64,000 nt of DNA from Lytechinus pictus (lineage: Eukaryota). A program made the position numbers and the translations under genes. Location: NCBI RefSeq assembly GCF_037042905.1, contig NC_087252.1:14136001-14200000 (forward strand). The letters run 5' to 3'. Under the pieces are notes generated by a model that did no database searches, was not told the origin of the DNA, and saw nothing but the letters and a program-made list of their open reading frames with translations. Positions 61,533 to 64,000 of this stretch are shown here, one piece after another (position 1 is the first letter of the stretch; each line of letters starts with the position of its first letter).

Positions 61533-62328
61533 AGGGATGGTCCAGGCTGGAGATATTTATATCTCAATAAATACAGTAAATTCACAAAGCAAAATGCTGA
61601 AAATTTGATCGAATTCGGATAACAAAGTACAAAGCTATTGAATTCTAAATATTTGCATTATTCCGGTGAAACAGTTCTAGGCATGTCTTGATTGAATATT
61701 CATTAGGTGGGCTGATGATGTCATATCCCCACTTGTTCTTTTGTATTTTATTATATGAAATTAAATTAGGTTTATTCAACAAATTTTCTACCAAGAACTA
61801 AAACAATTGGATATGACAACTGATAAAGTGAATTAGTTATTTATTGCCGCAACTTATTTCATCATAATGGAGACACATCATTTACATACTGTATGTATGA
61901 AAAAAATGAAACATTTATGATTTCATGTAATAAGAAAAAGGAAAGTGGGGATGTGACTAGTCTGCAGGCACAGACCCTGATTGAAACTTTGATCAGCAAG
62001 TGTGTCTCCACGCAAAAACAAGCACATACAAAACTTGCTGTAGCGAGAGGGCCTTCAGTACACAATGCATGAGTAGGCTGCACATTCAGACCCTTAACTC
62101 GAGTGAAGGTTTTGCCCAGCAGACTAGGATGTGACTGACATCATCAGCCCACCTCATGAATATTCATGACAATGTGCATGTAACTATTTTCACAAAGTAT
62201 TGATAAATTTTCAAATTTAATATCTTCGTTATTTGTTATCTGATTTTGACAAAATTTTCAGCATTTTGCTCTGTTCATTTTACTCTATTTAATATTTAGA
62301 TATAAAATTTTCAGCCCAGACTATCCCT
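61533..62328. mobile_element. Kolobok-like MITE, family C, with a nested insertion
   Basis: AGGGATGGTCCAGGCTG / CAGCCCAGACTATCCCT, long TIRs; related fragment near 11680-11810. Confidence 0.7.
61958..62126 (+). mobile_element. TAGTCTG...CAGACTA mini-element with perfect 9-bp TSD
   Basis: GGATGTGAC on both sides. Confidence 0.85.
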
Positions 62329-62499
62329 TTCAGTTCATAGTGTAACAGGGAGTATAATTGTATTCACTATAGCAAGAAATAATCTGTTATTGCCTTTTTT
62401 ATTTTTAATAGTCTATGATTTATACTGGAAAATTTTGAAAAATTTGAGGAGCGAACTGACAAAAACTATGTTTGGTCTCATTGTGTTATGAATAGTTAA

Positions 62500-63087
62500 A
62501 GAAGAATGAAACCTTTAAAACAAGATAGCTTGTGTGAAAACAGAAAAGTCAAAGAAACAGATCAACGAAAGTTTGAGAAAAATCGGACAAATAATGAGAA
62601 AGTTATGAGCATTTGAATATTGCAATCACTAATGCTATGGAGATCCTCAAATTGGCAATGCAACAAAGATGTGTGATGTCACTTGTGAACAACTCCCACC
62701 ATTACTTTAGTATATATTTCACTCAAATTGCCTCTTTTATCACATCTATCAGTAGATCATTTTTTTTTCTAAAAATAGGAGGGCATGTAATACAGTTTTT
62801 TAAAGAATACATCATGGACAAAGAGTTTGTATCACCATAAGAAAAAGCAAAAAGAGACATTTTGAGGGTATTTCATAGTCCATCAAAGGGAAAGTTGTTC
62901 ATATGTGACATCACACATCCTTGTCCCATTGCCAATGGGAGGATCTCCATAGCATTAGTGATTGCAATATTGAAATGCTCATAACTTTCTCATTATTTGT
63001 CCGATTTTTCTCAAACTTCCTTTGTTCTTATTCTTTGATTTTTCTGTTTCGACCCAAGCCTACTTGTTATAAAGGTTTTATTCCCCT
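62500..63087. mobile_element. Kolobok-like MITE, family A (inverted relative to 15473-16090)
   Basis: TTAA TSD and long TIRs. Confidence 0.8.
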
Positions 63088-63796
63088 TTAAGTCTTAAAG
63101 CTACTTTTTTAGCTTAATAATACAAAGAATAAATTAGCCTATTGTGAGAAATTTAAATGTTTTGAGGTGAAAGTTACTTTTGTTTTTACGTTGAAAATAA
63201 AATGGTATGTATGAGTACTGAATTTGTGAGTTTTCATTCAAGTGGGCCTATATTACAAGACTACACCTCAGAATGTTGCATTATGGGGTAAAGATTGGTC
63301 AGGCTTGAGTTGCAGAGGACACCTGGGGGTTGTTTCATGAAAGTTGTCATCACTGACTAAATTGTCAGTGCTGACTCTTTCAGTGAAATCCTTGCTTTTG
63401 ATTGGCTGAGGAGCTATGGCCTCTGACTGTTACTATGGTAACTGTCAGAGAAAGACATCTTGTCAGTGCTTACAACTTTCATGAAACGGTCCCCAGGCTG
63501 TGCTATGCCAGATGTATGGGTCATTACCGTATTTCTTTTAGGAGCTCCAATTTCTTCTTGGTAACCCCTGCCACAATGGTGCATATAGCATGGAGGTTCT
63601 GTTTATTTGTCATATTATGATTTTTCTACTTTTCATGAGTGAAAAATGTTTTTTTTAAACACAAAATGTCCTCGTGTCCATCTGTTACACACACACCCAC
63701 ATGCTCACACACTCACTCACACACAACCAAGTGCCCCTTGTATGGATGAAGTACTTATCACCTTTTCATTTTCTTCTTTTCTTCTCTTTTAACCAG

Positions 63797-63823
63797 TTCT
63801 GTGGCGTCACTTGCAGCATTGAG
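63797..63823 (+). CDS. Candidate 27-nt microexon of gene 2 (phase 2-2: xSVASLAALx)
   Basis: ~30-nt pyrimidine tract + AACCAG acceptor, GAG|GTAATT donor, length a multiple of 3, open in phase 2. Confidence 0.55.
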
Positions 63824-64000
63824 GTAATTATGAGATTATTATGATACATGAATGTCTGAAAATATTTGTATAAAGGTTAAATGGAAAGTTCACCCTGACA
63901 TAAAACTTGTTTTTTAATGAGAAAAATAAAAGGGGAATTGGTGAAGATTTGGCAATAACCAATGCCTATCCTGCTAATTTGGCAATTACTAAAATGATAA

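Noticed and set aside
13560-64000. Gene symbol for gene 2 (PDE1/PDE4, NADK, MAST and MITF considered)
   Set aside because: Only unique N-terminal peptides are in the window and none clearly matches a family I recognise.
1-64000. Autonomous transposase or reverse transcriptase gene
   Set aside because: No long ORF or catalytic motif seen; all elements appear non-autonomous.

Overview
AT-rich, repeat-dense eukaryotic DNA; the SINE and MITE families suggest a sea urchin (inference). There is one 132-N assembly gap. (1) 2.0-4.75 kb holds the last three coding exons of nicastrin (NCSTN, + strand), followed by a long 3' UTR. (2) About 9.4-13.5 kb is intergenic and leads into a CpG-retaining promoter with a full CRE palindrome. 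(3) From about 13.6 kb to the end is the 5' part of a second, unidentified + strand gene. It has a non-coding first exon, at least four short ATG-initiated exons that all end in phase 2 at canonical donors (probable alternative N-termini), and a 27-nt microexon; its shared body lies beyond the window. The introns are full of nested non-autonomous elements: Kolobok-like TTAA MITEs, Harbinger-like MITEs, TA-flanked MITEs, 9-bp-TSD TAG..CTA elements, Crypton-like and Helentron-like elements, and tRNA-SINEs. The most striking signal is a dense field of TA-CATG-TA, TA-GGCC-TA and TA-CCGG-TA micro-insertions. Paralog comparison inside the window shows these are insertions at TA sites, matching cut-and-paste transposon excision footprints. 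They stack at single sites, and TACATGTA is absent from about 6.1-14.9 kb. Almost all ORFs in the supplied track are spurious. Transposon superfamily labels come from termini and TSDs only.
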